Assembly: GCF_009914755.1 (NCBI RefSeq)
Contig: NC_060925.1
DNA length: 64,000 bases
Reading direction: 5' to 3' (one strand)
From: the human T2T-CHM13v2.0 reference genome, Homo sapiens
Shown: one piece after another, positions 16,237 through 33,776 of the stretch
How positions within the stretch are numbered: position 1 is the first letter of the stretch
How the letters are laid out: each line of letters opens with the position of its first letter
Translations under genes and position numbers: made by a program
Notes under the pieces: generated by a model
Told to the model about the DNA's origin: nothing
Databases searched by the model: none
What the model saw: the letters and a program-made list of their open reading frames with translations, nothing else

Positions 16237-19010
16237 TAGTAGAGATGGAGTTTCTCCATGTTGGTCAGGCTGATCTCAAACTCCCGACCTCCGGTGATCC
16301 GCCCGCCTCAGCCTCCCAAAGTGCTGGAATTACAGGTGTGAGCCACTGTGCCTGGCCCCTTGCTTTCTTTTTAAATTATTTTTTGTAGAAACAGGGTCTT
16401 GCTGTGTTGCCCAGGCTGATCTCTCAAACTCCTGGACTCAAGCAGTCCTCCAGCCTTACCCTCCCAAAGTGTTGGGATTACAGTCACGAGCCACTGCACT
16501 CGGCCTGTTGCTTTCTTGAATGCTGCTTCCTGCCTCCACCCCACATATTTCCCTCTGTGTTCTTGAGGCATTGAGTATAGGCACCAGTAATGTCATTAAT
16601 TGAATAGCTATTTAGGTCAGATCTTGATATTATGTTATTTCTGATTTGTGTAAAATTTTACAAGGTTGATGTCATCATTACCCATTCTACAGGTGAGGAA
16701 AGTGAGGCTTAGAGATTGATCAGCTTCTTAAGTTTACAGGCTAACAATTGGCCATGCCAGGGTTCAAAATAAGATTAGGCAGGCCCAGAGTCACCACACA
16801 GAGGCACTGCCTTGTAGGAGGACTCTTAATTATCCACTTCTGTCTGACTCTGCCCTCAGGCGGGCTCTTCCTGTATCCACAGGCCTAGCACTAAGCCTGG
16901 TATGTGGTGAAGGCCCCATGAACCCCAGAGATGGACAGAAGTGGTCTGGGAGGGTTATGGTGACCTAGCACTCGAGGCCTGGGAGCTGTGGCTGACCTTG
17001 AGCTGGCCTTAGAGGCGGGGAGACTGCAGTCCTGCAGCTGTTTCCTCTGCAGGTGACAACAGTGGAAGGGCAGAGGGCAGTCAGGGCCTTCTCAGCAGCC
17101 CGCAGCCAGCCCTGGGGAACTTCCACAGCCCCAGCCTTTCAGGCTCTGACCGCAGAAGGCCTGCCTGCTCCTCTCCGAGAGCTGTCTTAGGGTGGGGAAA
17201 TTCCTTTGCCCTCACAGCCATTCAGTGACGAGTAGCCTTGCTTTTCGTCTCATTTTCACATCCTCAGAGCTTTGGTTTCTGCCTGGAAGGCAGCAGGAGG
17301 GCCTTGCTGGCATAAGGGCACCTTTTTACTTGGGAAGAGCCTGGCATAGCAGAAACAGCCCTGGAGTAGATCTTAGATTCCCTGAGGGCAGGGATAGCAT
17401 CACTTACCATCACTCCCTTCTTTCTTCTTTTCTACAACAAATATTTTTTGAACATCCACAGTATGTCAGGCAGGCACAGGGTGAACAAAACCAATATCTT
17501 TGACTCATTTCTATGAATTTGCCCCTTACCTTCCCTGCCACCCCCAGGCCTTGTACAGTAACTTGCACATAGTAGGTGCTCATGTGTGAAAGAGTGAACA
17601 AATGAGTGCCCTGGAAGACAAGGGTCCTAGTTTCAGCCCCACCTTCTATTATTGGAGTGAACTTGCTTTCCCATCTGTAACTCACAGGCACGGATCCCCT
17701 TGCCTAGCCCAGAGCAGTCTCTGTGATTGAGTGAGACTAGGAATGTCAGCACACTTTGTAAGTCACTTTTCTCTATTGAAACTGAAGAGACTTGAGTCTT
17801 TTGGTCAGGAATGGAGAGTGGACTTGCTCCAGGTGCTAACAAGCTGCCATCGGTAGTGGCTGCCAGGAGGAGCAGGTTGAGGAGGATTCTGAGGCTGAGT
17901 TTGGGGCGGTGATGGGTCAGCACTGTCCGGTCTGAGAATCAGCAATGGGAGAGCTGCTTGTCTTCCCCCATGAAGGGTGCAGCCCCTGCAGAGCCTCCTT
18001 TGTCCCAACTCTGGCGACTTTGATTTAGCACCAGGTGGACTCTTGCTCCAGCATGACACAGCGCTCTGCCTCCCCTGGCTCCTGGCAGCCTCAGGAAGCC
18101 GGGGTACAGAGCTTCATTTGCTCTTCTGCAGAGTGCTGGAGAGAAAGAAGCCTGGCTGCTGGAGACCAGAACATGCTTAGCAGTTCCCTCCCTGTCCTGG
18201 GGAGAGGCTTGGGTTCCCCTCTCCCCTGAGGAAGACCTGTGGGATTCCACTGAGGATTCCAGTAACTTCTGTCAGTGCTGGAGAGGGTCTGTGGCTGTCC
18301 TTCATTCACAGATGGGCTGTGTTCTGAAGTTTTCTTCATAACTCCATTGTTTGTTTGGAATGCAATGTTTTGTGGAAACAAAAGTCATAATAATGGCTGA
18401 TATTTGTTAAGCCCTTGTCAAGCGTTAGCCACTTTGCTAAAGCCACTTGGTGAATTCTCACCTAATCCTTCCAGCAGCCCCCTGAGATGGACTCAATGAT
18501 GTTCCATTTTATTTTATTTTTTTGAGACAGCCTTGCTCTGTCACCCAGGCTGGAGTGCAGTGGCGCGATTTCGGATCACTTCAACTTCCACCTCCTGGGT
18601 TCAAGCGATTCTTCCTGCCTCAGCCTCCCGAGTAGCTGGGATTACAGGCATGCGCCACCATGCCCGGCTAATTTTTGTATTTTTAGTAGAGATGGGGTTT
18701 CAGTGTGTTGGCCAGGCTGGTCTTGAACTCCTGACCTCAGGTGATCCGCCTGCCTCGGCCTCCCAAAGTGCAGGGATTACAGGCGTGAGCCATCATGTCC
18801 AGCCTATTTATTTTAACTTTTAAATATTTTTTAGAGACACAGCCTCGCTCTGTCACCCAGGCTGGAATGCAGTGGCACAGTCATACCTCACTGCAACCTT
18901 GAACTCCTAAACTTTCCCTTCAACTTTCCCTTCAACTGTAGTAGTTATCTCTCTTGTTAGGTTGTTTCATTACCACCTTGACTTCCTGCCTCAGTCTCCC
19001 GTGTAGCTAG

Positions 19011-19244
<234 letters not shown>

Positions 19245-20911
19245 TAAGGCTGGTCTCGAACTCCTGACCTCAGACAGGTGATCCACCTGCCTTGGCCTCC
19301 CAAAATGTTGGGATTACAGGTGTAAGCCACCACGCCCAGCCCACATCCAGCTAATTTTTAAAAATTATTATTTTTATAGAGATGGGGTCTCACACTATGT
19401 TACCCAGGCTGATCTCAAACTCCTGGCCTCAAGCAATCCTCCTGCTTCAGCCTCCCAACGTGCTGGGATTACAGGCATGAGCCACTATGCTTGGCCTTCC
19501 ATTTTATTTATTTAGCAGATGATGGCACAGAGAAGTTGAGTGATTTGACCCACCTCACTCAGCCAGTAAGTGATTGGAGTGAGATTTATACCTACATGTG
19601 TTTCTGGCTCCAAAGCCTATGTCCAAGTCAGCAAGGAAGCAGTGAGTGGGGAGCCAAAAGCTGGGACTCTGGGGCCTGTGGGACAGGATTAGGGGTTTGG
19701 TTTGGAGTAGTATCACCAGCTTTGGAAAGAGCTGCTGCTGGGGGTTCTGCATCCTGGAGGGTCATGGCATGAACAGTTGGTCAGGAGCAATGTCAGTGGC
19801 TCCTGGGAGGCTAGCACTGTGCTCAGGGCTGTGGAAGCATCTCATTCAGCCCTCACCACAATCCTATGAAGGTATGACTTGACCCATCTCTATTTTACAG
19901 ATAAAGAAACTGAGGTGGCCAGGCGCGGTGGCTCACGCCTGTAATCCCAGCACTTTGGGAGGCCAAGGTGGGTGGATCATGAGGTCAGGAGTTCAAGACC
20001 AGCCTGGCCAACATAGTGAAACCCTGTCTCTACTAACAATACAAAAAATTAGCCAGGCATGGTTGCGGGCACCTGTAATCCCAGCTACCCAGGAGGCTGA
20101 GGCAGAGAATTGCTTTGACCTGCAAGGTGGAGGTTGCAGTGAGCCAAGATCGCGCCACTGCACTCCAGCCTGGGCAACAGAGCGAGACTCCATCTCAAAA
20201 AAAAAAAAAAAAAGAGAGAGAGAGAGACAGGGTCCGCCTTTATTGCCCAGGCAGGTCTCAAACTCTTGGCTTCAAGCAATCTTCCTGCCTCAGCCTCCCA
20301 AAGTGCTGGGATTACAGGCATGAGCCACTATGCTTGGCCCTGTGAGTTAATAATAATAGCTCACACTTGCTAACCATTTGCTTTGTGCCATTTCACATAT
20401 ATTGATTCATTTAACTCTCACAACAACCCTATGAAGGTGAGTTACTATCGTTTCTATTTCAGTGATTAGAGAAACTGAGGCACAAAGAGCTTATATGATT
20501 TTTTAGCAAATGATATCATCAGGAGAAACCCAGCTGGGCAGAAGTGGAGTGGAACTAGATTCATTAGCTATTCTACCTGTTATTCCTGTTTTACACATGA
20601 GAAAACTGAGGCTCAGAGAAGTTCATTTGACTTCAGCCTTACACACAACCAGTCAATGACAAAACCAGGGTTCAGAGTGTGGCCATTGGCCTCTAAATCC
20701 CCCACCCTTCTTCATGCTGCCCATTTTAGGGAAGAAATGCTCAGATGCTTAGTTCCATTTTAAACATGCTGTAGTCAAGGTGGTGATGAAACAACCTAAC
20801 AAAGTAAACCTTTGGTAGTTGAAAATGTGAGACTGAAGCATGTTTGCTTCACTGATATATGCCAAGTGCCTAGAATCGTGCCTGGCACATTGGTAGGCAC
20901 TCAGTAAATAA

Positions 20912-21440
<529 letters not shown>

Positions 21441-21524
21441 TGATCCACCCGTCTCAGCCTCCCAAAGTGCTGGGATTACAGGCGTGAGCCACCGTGCCCG
21501 GCCTCCTTTTTTCTCTATTTCTTA

Positions 21525-26100
<4,576 letters not shown>

Positions 26101-26682
26101 TCACTGGCTGGGCGCGGTGCATCACTCCTATAATCCTGGCTGTTTGGGAAGCCAAGGTGGGCAGATCACCTGAGGTCAGGAGTTCAGACCAGCCTGGCCA
26201 ACGTGGTGAAACTCTGTCTCTACTAAAAATACAAAAATTAGCTGGGCGTGGTGGCACACTCCTGTAATCCCAGCTACTCGGGAGGCTGAGGCATGAGAAT
26301 CGCTTGAACCTGCGAGGTGGAGGTTGCAGTGAGCTGAGATTCACGCCACTGTACTCCAGCCTGGGCGACAGAGTGAGACTCTGCCTCAGGAAAAAAAAAA
26401 AAACCCTCACTAAGCTTTCTGGGAGTCTCCTTCTCTGACAGCCCTTCTTAGAGTGGGTAAGGCCGGCAGGTGTATGAACAGAGGCAGTCTCAGTACATGG
26501 TGGCAGTTCCTAATATTTGTCCCTGCCTTAGGCCAGACATTTTACTCCAATGTTTGTTCCTGGGAACCTGTTACCCTGAGGCTTCTCCTGGACTGGCCAG
26601 GCAGCAGTAGCTTTCCCCTGCTGGGGATCCGGGCCCTGGGCTGCCTTGGGCATTCCCCATCTTTCTCTCCTCCTTCCCTCAG

Positions 26683-26832
26683 ACAACACAGGCAGTTCTA
26701 CATACCGGCCACCCCCTCGGACCCGGGAGGTGCTGATCAACGGGCAGATGGTGAAGCTGAAGTACTGCTTCACCTGCAAGATGTTCCGGCCACCCCGAAC
26801 CTCACACTGCAGTGTCTGCGACAACTGTGTGG
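26683..26832 (+). CDS. ZDHHC18: ZDHHC18 coding exon 3 (start of the Cys-rich domain)
   Basis: Polypyrimidine tract + AG; (D)[49 protein letters not shown]; donor G|GTGAGT; 150 nt. Confidence 0.96.
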
Positions 26833-28375
26833 GTGAGTAGGAGGCAGCAGGGAGGGATGCAGGGATTCCTGAGAGAGACTGAGTCGTGGGGATGGGGGGC
26901 ATCAAGCATGGGGATGGCGTGGGCAGGGTCTGAAATACCCAGGGCTGGGCAGGGGGTCTGGTTCACCCAGATTTGCCCTGACTCAGGAGGGCCCAGGGGA
27001 GGGGCCCTCAGCATAACCAGGAGTGTTTTGGCTTCAGCTCAGGATTGGTGGATTCCTTCCCCCAGCTCTGAGGTGTGGGGCAGACAGACAGGCTTTGAAC
27101 CCTTCTCCCAGGCTTCAGCCCGGTCCTCAAGAGGTCCAAGCTCCCAGGAAACAGACTGGAACAATAACATTCCAGATGTGTTTGGGCCAGAAAGAATGAG
27201 TTACTGTCCAGTGGCCCAGGGCCAGCTGTACTGAAAAACTTTGATCTGATTCCCAGAGTTGAGAGGGAAAAGCATCTAGCAACAGAGGCGTTTAAGCTGA
27301 TGAGGTGCAGAGGATGTCACCACTGGAAATGGCTCCTGACCCTACAGCTGCCTGCAGTGGTTGTTTTGTCCCCTCTCCCTGCTCTCCAGAGGCTGTGTAG
27401 TTCTGATGGGCACCCTGAGAGGGTGTTGTAAGGGAAATAATGCATGAGAGGGCCCAGGTGAGCTGAGCCACAGTGACTGTGCATAGTTCCCAGGGCAGTG
27501 AGCTCATCATGCCAGCTCAGTACTCCCTAAGCAAGAGAACAGCAGGGAACACCCCCCCGTGACGGCATGCAGTGAAGGGGGTGACTCAGTGGGCACCATT
27601 CATCCCCAAGGAGCTGCCCCGCCCACGCCGTGCAAAGGGCACTGGCCTTGGCATGAGGCCTGCAATGGGCTTGTGACCCACATTCCCACAAGGACTTTCT
27701 TTACCAGTCTGGGTGTGCCTCCACCCCCGGGGACAGTGTGCAGGTGAGCTCAGCCCTTTGACCTGGCCTGTGATGCTGGCTGGCTGTGAACCCCATTGCA
27801 GCTCAGCCCCTCCCTGGGCCGCTAGTCCTAGAGCAGGAGACGGGTTGTTGACTGTTAGCATGTGGTTGGGATGGTAGACCAGGTGACAAGTATTTTTGTG
27901 AGTCTTTGTGCCGGCACTGCTCTGGATCCTGGGGAGTCAGCATGGTGTAAGACCAGCACAGCCCCCCTCGCCCATGGAGCTTACAGTCAAGTAGGGCTGA
28001 TTGGCCAATCCAGTTATTATAAATAAGCATAAAAACACACATGGGCAGAGTGTGACAAAAGAGAAGTGATGGGGCAGATAACAGGGGCCCCCTCCCCTAG
28101 TCTGGGATTGGAAGAGACTTTCTTAAGGAGGTGGCTTTGCAGCTGAGACGCGAAGGAGAAGTTCCAGTTAACCAGGTAAAGAGACGAGAGAATGTATCAG
28201 GCAGTGGGAACTGGTACACAAAGGACCAGAGGCAGGTGTGTCCAAGGCCTGGGAGCCAGCTGGTGCTGCGAGAGTGAACGGGGTAGGAAAGCCCCAGCCA
28301 TGGGTGAGGCCGCCAAATGCCTGTGCTGGCTGCAGGCCAGCCCACACTAACCCATCGCCCCTTGCCCTTGTCCAG

Positions 28376-28513
28376 AACGATTTGACCATCACTGCCCCTG
28401 GGTGGGCAACTGTGTGGGGAGACGGAACTATCGCTTCTTCTACGCGTTTATTCTCTCCCTCTCATTCCTGACGGCCTTCATCTTCGCCTGTGTGGTCACC
28501 CACCTGACGTTGC
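28376..28513 (+). CDS. ZDHHC18: ZDHHC18 coding exon 4 (catalytic DHHC motif)
   Basis: (E)[45 protein letters not shown]; DHHC codons 28384-28395; cag| acceptor, C|GTGAGT donor; 138 nt. Confidence 0.97.
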
Positions 28514-28632
28514 GTGAGTTGTGGGTGAGGGCAGTGGGGAGTGGAAGGGGTCAGCCAGCAAGCTCAAGGGTCAGCAAGCTTCAGCAGTCACTGTCCCTCT
28601 GAGCTTGTCCTCTCCTGTTTCTTTCTCCCCAG

Positions 28633-28681
28633 GCGCTCAGGGAAGCAACTTCCTCTCCACTCTGAAGGAGACACCAGCAAG
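28633..28681 (+). CDS. ZDHHC18: ZDHHC18 coding exon 5 (ends at a U12 AT donor)
   Basis: ttctccccag| acceptor; (R)AQGSNFLSTLKETPA(S); followed by ATATCCTTT; 49 nt keeps the frame into exon 6. Confidence 0.93.
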
Positions 28682-29203
28682 ATATCCTTTGTCAGCTAGA
28701 GGACACTCCAGTGGGAACTGAGGTCCCTTCACTGGGTGGGTGCCCTGCCTCATCCTCTAATCAGAAGGGAACAGCGTACAGCTCACATGTGTCCTCCAGA
28801 ATCCAACATGCCAGCTCTTCTGTTCACACCCAGGCAAGAGCTGATCCTAAATGGGGCATTGTGGGGCCGGGGGTTCCTCGTCTTCAGGGGCCTGGAAAAG
28901 AGTATGTCCCTTAAGATGCCAAGCTCCCTGGACCGTGTCGTGCCCAAGGCTCTTTGTGATTGGAACCCTCAGTTTTCTCTGCCGTCCATCACCCTGACCT
29001 TGTCTGGCTCTTGAGTGGGGTCCTGACCCTTCCGAGGGGCCCAGGAGGTGATCCTGCTAAGAAGTGGGGACTGGGCCACAGGAAGGTTCCAAAACTTCTC
29101 AGCTCTCTGGGGAAACAGCTCCATGGAAGGATAGGTGAGACAGGCCAGGTGTGGCTGGGAGGCTCCCCACCCTCCACCCATTGAAGTCCTTAACTGCCCT
29201 CAC
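28682..29203 (+). other. ZDHHC18: U12-type (minor spliceosome) AT-AC intron of ZDHHC18
   Basis: 5' site ATATCCTTT at 28682; branch site TCCTTAAC at 29187-29194; terminal AC at 29202-29203; removal joins AG+C = Ser in frame. Confidence 0.93.
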
Positions 29204-29306
29204 CGTGCTGGAGTTGGTGATCTGCTTCTTCTCCATCTGGTCCATTCTGGGCCTCTCAGGGTTTCACACGTACCTCGTCGCCTCCAACCTGACTACTAAT
29301 GAAGAC
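29204..29306 (+). CDS. ZDHHC18: ZDHHC18 coding exon 6 (TM4, TTxE motif)
   Basis: [34 protein letters not shown]; donor GAC|GTGAGT; 103 nt. Confidence 0.94.
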
Positions 29307-30827
29307 GTGAGTAAACCTGGAGCCACCCCTCATTCTAGGGCAGCGCCCTCAGGAGGAGGCAGGGCTGAGGGAGCCTGGGGCAGCCAAGCACAGTCCTGAC
29401 TCACGGACTGCTGGGATAATGCCTTTTAAGCAGCCAGATGCCTCCCAGTCATCTCAGCTTGGCCCTGGTGGGTCCGATGCAGGCTTCTGACACCTCCACA
29501 TGCTTCATTCTCTCAGTGCAGGCTCCCAAGGTCCCAGGTTGCTTTTCTCCACAGCCCTGCAGGAGGCAGTACTCACACCACAGCACGCATGATGTTTGGC
29601 TGGCACATGACCGCTTACAGAATTCTTTCAGTTCCCGTCATTTCTTTGGGTCCTTTTGCCAAGCCTGAGGCAGAAAGGACAGGGATGTTTTTTCCCCATT
29701 CGATGACTGAGAGACATGTCCCATGTCTGAGAGGTCACACAGCTGGGAGGGGACAGAGCCAAGGTTGGTGCCCAGTCACAGGTATGCGCTCCCTCTTCCA
29801 CACTGCCCCTGTCAGCAGCAAAGCCGTGACTATTCTCAAGGTGGCACTGGCCTGTCCTGGCTGCCCCTCTCAATATGCACGCCTGGGGGAGACAGGGCAC
29901 AGGCCAGTGGGCTCCATTGACCTTCCCTGCCTGCCACCCTGCAGACTGCCATCAACAAGCATGTTTGATGTGCCCAGTCCTAGGCCAGACCTGACTTCTC
30001 CTCCCCATCCTCCAAACACTAAAAAGTAAATGAGAGCATCTGTTTCAGGGCCCACCATCTGATACTTACCAGCAACCCATCCTCCAACAGAAAATACATT
30101 CCCAGACCTCATCCTCTCATTCAGGGAAACAAAACTTCACACATGACAGGGCGTTGTGTGCCTGGTGATCAGTGAGAACAGAAATGCCATCAGCCAGTAT
30201 CTCCCGCAGTAGCTTCTTGGGTGCCAGTTCTGCAGCACATTACCAGAGGTTAAAGAGAAAGGAGTGTGTGGCCAAATAAGTGTAGAAAACTCTAGGTTAA
30301 AGTCAAGGTATTCTTTATTGCTAAACTCTCCAGTGCCTTCCATAGCTGACTTCACAGAGCTAGAGAATCTGGCAAGAATTAATCTAATGCCCTAGCAATG
30401 TCATCTGAGAATTAGTATTATTTTCCCTGTTTTCCAAATGAGGACTCAGGCTCAGCGAAGTGGTGATCTGTCCAGGTAACGTAGCCAGTGAGTAGCAGGG
30501 CCGGGGCTCACAGGCAGGTCAGCCCTCACCCTGTGCCCCTGCGCTACCCTCCTTCAGAAGTGGCTGGCCGGAGAAGGGAGGAGTCATCCGAAACGTTTCC
30601 TCTGGATGCTTCTCTTGGGCTCTGCTCTGTCATCTCCTCTTTGGGGCCTCCTGATCTCTGCCAGGGGTCCCCCACATTCTCATTGAATGGCCCACATGAA
30701 AGACATGTCGCCTTCTGTAACCAGAATTGGTTTCGGAATTGTCCAGTTGTCCCCAGCCTCTAGACCTGCCTCCTAGAAAAGTGAAGCAAAAGGAGGTACT
30801 TGACCTAGGCCTCCTTCCTGCTTGCAG

Positions 30828-30940
30828 ATCAAAGGCTCGTGGTCCAGCAAGAGGGGCGGTGAGGCCTCTGTCAACCCCTACAGCCATAAAAGTATTATCA
30901 CCAACTGCTGTGCTGTGCTCTGTGGCCCCCTACCTCCCAG
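30828..30940 (+). CDS. ZDHHC18: ZDHHC18 coding exon 7
   Basis: cttgcag| acceptor; [37 protein letters not shown]; donor CAG|GTAAGT; 113 nt. Confidence 0.95.
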
Positions 30941-31337
30941 GTAAGTGAGCGGGGTGCGGAAGAGGGGTAACAGGGCCATGCCTGGCCAGTGATCAAAGTG
31001 TTCCTGGATATCAGCCGACCTCCCCCTACACCCTAGATGCCCTCCGTCCACTACCCCCTGGAGGGCATTTGTCATGTGACGGAATTCCATGGAGAATTGT
31101 TATTTAATCACGTGCTCATTGTAGAAAAAAAAAATTAAGTACAAAACGTAAAACAGAGGAGCATTGGATATGACATGTAATTCTACTCCCCGGGGGTAGC
31201 CACCATGACTGTTTCAGCCATGTTTGAATGACACTGCCCTTCCGGTTGCCCACTGCCTGGACTGGGTGGCGACTCCATCCTCTCCTGGCAGTAGGAACCC
31301 TGGGGACTCAGCCCTGCTGGGTCACTCCCTGTTCATC

Positions 31338-31356
31338 CTGACACCAGGGGGCACCA
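31338..31356 (+). promoter_or_regulatory. Candidate CTCF motif (ZDHHC18 intron 7)
   Basis: CTGACACCAGGGGGCACCA vs consensus TGGCCACCAGGGGGCGCTA; motif match only. Confidence 0.45.
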
Positions 31357-31800
31357 GAGTTCCAGAACGGGGATTACATTGCTGTGGGTACTGCTAAGAC
31401 AAGTCATTCCCACACAGTCATGTCACCTACCCCACCCAGTATCCCTGTCACCCAGCCTGCCTAGAGGGGAAGGGAACATAGGAATTTCATAGTCATCAAA
31501 TACCTATTCATCCTTGCTTTCCTCCCTCACCTGCAGCCTGGCTTCTTGGCAGCCAGACAGGTGGGCCAGTTGGAATTAATAGTGAATAAATTCTGTGGCC
31601 AAAAGCCAGGTGGCCAGAGGGCAGAGAGAGGCCTGCCAGAGGTAAGAGTCTTGGGCCCCCAGATGGGCAGCAGCTCTCCTTTCCTCAGCCTTTCTCAGCC
31701 TGGGCCTTTCCTTGGCTGAGATAGACTCTGCCGTCCAACCCCTGGCCTAGAGCCTCAGTGTTGGGCAGAGCCCTCATGTGTCTCCCTTGTGTTTTGGAAG

Positions 31801-31918
31801 CCTAATTGACCGGAGGGGATTTGTGCAGTCCGACACCGTGTTGCCCTCACCCATCAGAAGCGATGAGCCAGCCTGCAGAGCCAAGCCTGATGCCAGCATG
31901 GTAGGAGGCCACCCCTGA
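31801..31918 (+). CDS. ZDHHC18: ZDHHC18 final coding exon
   Basis: (S)LIDRRGFVQSDTVLPSPIRSDEPACRAKPDASMVGGHP, TGA at 31916-31918; exon lengths sum to 1167 nt = 388 aa + stop. Confidence 0.93.
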
Positions 31919-33770
31919 CCACGGCTCAGTACTTGCCACCTGCTGGCCTGTCTGACCCTCCGCACTCACCTGCCGGGACCCTCCCTATTCCATCCAAGGG
32001 AAGCAGAACTGCCAAAGACTCAAGTCTTTTCATATTTATTTCCCATCCTGCGTGGCTTTCCCTGAACTGTTCCGTGGCTGTGCCCTCTGCTCCCCAAACC
32101 CAGGTTCCCACAGCCTTGGGCCCTAGGTACCCCAGCTGATCAGTGCCAGGAGAGACCAGAGCCTCTGGAGGCTACCCAGGGGACCACACCAAGTCCTTGC
32201 CTGTGCCGGGCGAGCCCTGTGTGAGTGAGGCTGTGAACTGAGCGTGAGGCCTCCCAGGTGGGGGAACTGCTTGGGCCTTGCTGAGCCAGGGTCCTCAGGG
32301 TGAAGCAGGACTGAGGAGTGGCCAGCTCTGGATAGCTGGCTGTGGAGAGGAAGCCTCCATGGGCTGCTTTGGTCTGTGGGCTCCTTCATTCCCTTGGTGA
32401 TAATTTCCCTTTCTTCTGTGGGATTTTTGGTGGGGTTTTCCCCCCTTTTTTATGGAGTTGGCCAATAGGATTGAGTTGGGGCTCCAGTAGAGAAGGCAGG
32501 GTTGGTGGTGGGTGGGGGCAGCCTGTATCAGACAAAGGTAAATCAGCCAGCCAGGCACCCACAGCCTCAGCTCCTGTGCAGTTCCTGGGCAGCACAGTGG
32601 AAGTGGGAGCCTGGTCCTTCCCCTGCCCATGGAGAGCTCTTTAAGGGATCCCAGCCTGCCCCTCCACTTCTCTCCCAAGCCAGGTCCCGGCATGGGTGGG
32701 TTATGCTCATGCTGGCAATACTTGAAACGGGTTTATTAATGCTGGGTATTTTGCACAATTTTATAGACCTCTTTTCTACATAGTCTTTTTTAAATGGAAG
32801 GAGAAAATGTCAGCCACATTACTGTCTGTGTAGTGCCAGGTGAAGGGTTATCAGAAGGCTGGTTGGTTTTAATAAGTTTATTCCAAGAGACCTTCTGGCT
32901 GGAATGAGTGAGAGTGTGTGTGCATGTGTGTGTGTGTTCATGTGTGCCCTGTATGAATGTGGCTGGCTCCCATATCCCCTGGGCTGCCCCCTGCCCCATC
33001 CCCTTTGAGTATCAGAAGCACTCTGAGCCAAGGGGACAGGGGGCACGTGCACTGGTCACGAGAAAACCCTGGGCTCCCACTGGGGCTCAGCCCAGCCTCC
33101 TATCTTTCCTTCTTCTATGGACTTCAGACAGCCAGTGTCTGGGGACTCTGCCACTCTACCCCCAGCCCTACCCACCAGCCCCCAGGTGAGGCTTCCAGCT
33201 GGGACCTGCCCAGACAGGCTGAGCCTGGGCGTGGTGGGTGGGGTGATGGCTCTGGGGAGCGGCTGCCATCCTACAAGCCACACCCCCTCCTCTGAGCTCT
33301 GAATATGGGACCCAGTGCCAGGAGCTGGAAGACAAGGTGTTTCTGCCAAACGGGGACCTCCATCCAGAGAAAAGGAAGAAGGTGCAGGGTGGGCCAAGAG
33401 GCAAGTGAAGGTTGGCCTGAGTCTGGGCCGGAAACTCAGAGGATGTTTCTCCTCTGCTGGGAGCTGTAGTTTCTTATCAAAATAGATATTGTTCCACCAT
33501 CCCCCTCCTTGGCCCTTCAAGTGGGCTGAAGCCCTTGGAAAGTGACATAGGAAGTCCCCAGATCTTGCCCTTCTCACTCCAGAGGCTAGTGGTCACAGAC
33601 AGCTGGGAATGGCAGCCACAGAGGGTCCCCTCTGGGAGAAACAGCTTCACCCCAGCCTCAGGGCCCTGGGCCATCACTGCAGTGGCCCTGGGAGGTGAGG
33701 AAGAAGCTGGCTAGAGGAGGGGGCTCCCACCTACCTTTTATTTAAGCCAGTATTCTTTGTTCCTGCTTGT

Positions 33771-33776
33771 AATAAA
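33771..33776 (+). terminator. ZDHHC18: ZDHHC18 proximal poly(A) signal
   Basis: AATAAA preceded by TGTA and followed by a strong GU/U-rich tract (gctttggtttggtttttgttt). Confidence 0.75.

Noticed and set aside
28682-28721. Apparent missing GT donor or premature stop after ZDHHC18 exon 5
   Set aside because: Explained by the AT-AC U12 intron; the spliced frame is intact
32499-32518. G-quadruplex in the ZDHHC18 3' UTR
   Set aside because: Only three G3-or-longer tracts plus G2 runs; not a canonical four-tract motif and unremarkable in GC-rich DNA
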